NCBI GenBank assembly: GCA_965541585.1
Contig: CBEUCH010000012.1
Coordinates: forward strand, 32,001-96,000
Length of the DNA stretch: 64,000 bases
Direction of reading: 5' to 3'
Origin: an uncultured bacterium
GTDB taxonomy: Bacteria; Zixibacteria; MSB-5A5; UBA10806
The stretch's first letter is position 1; every line of letters begins with the position of its first letter. The notes beneath the pieces were generated by a model. The model was not told the DNA's origin and made no database searches. It saw nothing but the letters and a program-made list of their open reading frames with translations. The position numbers and the translations under genes were made by a program. Positions 62,685-64,000 of the stretch are shown piece after piece.

Positions 62685-62764
62685 TGTTGATTAAGAACTA
62701 AATTCTTGGGGACCGATGAGAATTAGCCCCGAAATTGAACCAACAAAAGTACGAGGAGGTGCCT

Positions 62765-63745
62765 ATGTCATTTAGGCGAATGATCTTTTACTCAGGAATG
62801 CTGGCAGCGATGTTCCTGATTATCGGCTGCGAGGGCGATCAAGGCCCGGCAGGTCCTGAAGGAACCGCCACTTGCGTGGAGTGCCATAACGACGATACCC
62901 GGATTGCGGCTATCGCCGGTCAGTGGGCGAATTCTACCCATGCCACCGGAGGCAATTTTGAGCGCAACTCATCGTCCTGCTCGAGATGCCATACCAGCGA
63001 AGGCTTCGTCTCTTATCTGGATACCGGTGAGGGTGGCAGCCCGGAAAATCCGTCGGCTATCGGCTGCTTTACCTGCCACGAGCCGCACACTAACTATAAC
63101 TTCGATCTTAGAGCAACCGATCCCGTTGAATTGATGCTGGGAGGGACGTTCGACCAGGGCGACGGCAACCTTTGCGCCAATTGCCATCAAGGCCGCACAC
63201 CCAGTCCGGAAATACCGGAAAGCGGTACCATTACTATAACCTCTTCTCGCTTCGGCGTTCATCATGGCCCGCAGGCCAACATTCTTATGGGGAGTGGCGC
63301 TTATGTCTTTACAGGGGCAAGCTATGGCTCGTCACACGGGCCTAACGTCTCTAATGGCTGCCCGACATGTCATATGGCGTCGCCTTATGGTGTTCAGGCG
63401 GGCGGCCATACGTGGGATCTGATATATCTGTATCATGGAGGTGATACAGATCTCGTTGAAGGCTGCAATATTAGTGAATGTCATAACGGCAATGTTGACG
63501 ACTTTGAGCACGGAGACGTGCAGGCCGATATCCAGGCCCTGCTTCTTACTCTCAGCGATATTCTTATCAATGACGTTGGGATTATGAATGACAGTGAGCA
63601 ATCAATAGAAGGGGATTGGCCCGTCGCAGCAGCAGGGGCGTTTCTTAATTATAAGATGATTCTCGAGGATCGCTCCCTGGGCATTCATAATCCAGCTTAT
63701 GTAGAAGATGTCCTGGATGCCTCAATTGCCGCTGTAGGCCCGTAA
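62765..63745 (+). CDS. Multiheme c-type cytochrome lipoprotein
   Basis: SD GGAGG; lipobox IGC + GxY stub; CVECH, CSRCH, CFTCH, CANCH, CPTCH and atypical CNISECH. Confidence 0.9.
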   Translation: MSFRRMIFYSGMLAAMFLIIGCEGDQGPAGPEGTATCVECHNDDTRIAAIAGQWANSTHATGGNFERNSSSCSRCHTSEGFVSYLDTGEGGSPENPSAIGCFTCHEPHTNYNFDLRATDPVELMLGGTFDQGDGNLCANCHQGRTPSPEIPESGTITITSSRFGVHHGPQANILMGSGAYVFTGASYGSSHGPNVSNGCPTCHMASPYGVQAGGHTWDLIYLYHGGDTDLVEGCNISECHNGNVDDFEHGDVQADIQALLLTLSDILINDVGIMNDSEQSIEGDWPVAAAGAFLNYKMILEDRSLGIHNPAYVEDVLDASIAAVGP

Positions 63746-63768
63746 GATTATTTCGGAATCTCGGTAAA

Positions 63769-63802
63769 GAAATCCCGCCTCCTGCAGGCGGGATTTCATT
63801 TT
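63769..63802 (+). terminator. Terminator hairpin between convergent cytochrome genes
   Basis: GAAATCCCGCCT-N5-AGGCGGGATTTC. Confidence 0.75.
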
Positions 63803-63830
63803 AGTGATTATACGAAGGATGTGGTTTTCG

Positions 63831-64000
63831 TTAATTCCCGTGTATCCCCGGTGCATATTGGGCAGCCCATTCGAGATCACGGCTTATATGACAGGATGAT
63901 AAGCATGCGAAATTCAGGCCGTTGAAGCCTCTGGAATAAGTGCTGCCGTTTTCATCATAGAATTGGGTTAAAGTGGTATCCGAGTTGATTGCAAAGATAT
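63831..64000 (-). CDS. C-terminus of a probable second c-type cytochrome (runs off window end)
   Basis: My translation: IFAINSDTTLTQFYDENGSTYSRGFNGLNFACLSSCHISRDLEWAAQYAPGIHGN*; CX3CH motif plus terminal His. Confidence 0.6.
   Translation of the reverse strand, partial: IFAINSDTTLTQFYDENGSTYSRGFNGLNFACLSSCHISRDLEWAAQYAPGIHGN

Overview
64-kb bacterial chromosomal segment, roughly 50% GC by eye. The lineage is probably FCB-group and most like candidate division Zixibacteria; this is inferred from the combination of T9SS/FlgD-type C-terminal domains, paired PorV/PorQ genes, IPTL-CTERM tails and a Cys-flanked dockerin-like tail. The left ~47 kb is accessory-rich. It holds a secreted-hydrolase/surface-protein cluster (C25 gingipain-like, M14, two S8, lysyl-endopeptidase-like S1, 14-repeat FG-GAP, fibre-like protein), an lsrF + aldolase/SDR pair, a T9SS-like operon, ligA and a dinB-dnaE2 mutagenesis cassette. 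The right ~17 kb is housekeeping (der-plsY-gpsA-xseB-dxs-nadK-recN-pgsA-like, lapAB, SPOR, mutS) and ends in two convergent c-type cytochrome genes. Non-coding structure read directly from the DNA includes a solitary integron-type attC behind a lipoprotein gene and an integrase-less 1.5-kb islet in tRNA-Gly(CCC) with a 41-bp att duplication and an IS256-like relic. There is also a duplicated REP + promoter + structured-leader module in front of unrelated cargo genes, a second duplicated ~135-bp promoter module, and several families of REP-like palindromes, some nested. A palindromic operator lies inside the dinB-dnaE2 promoter and two Rex/CRP-type boxes lie upstream of a multiheme cytochrome. 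All family assignments are by eye from motifs; no database searches were run.
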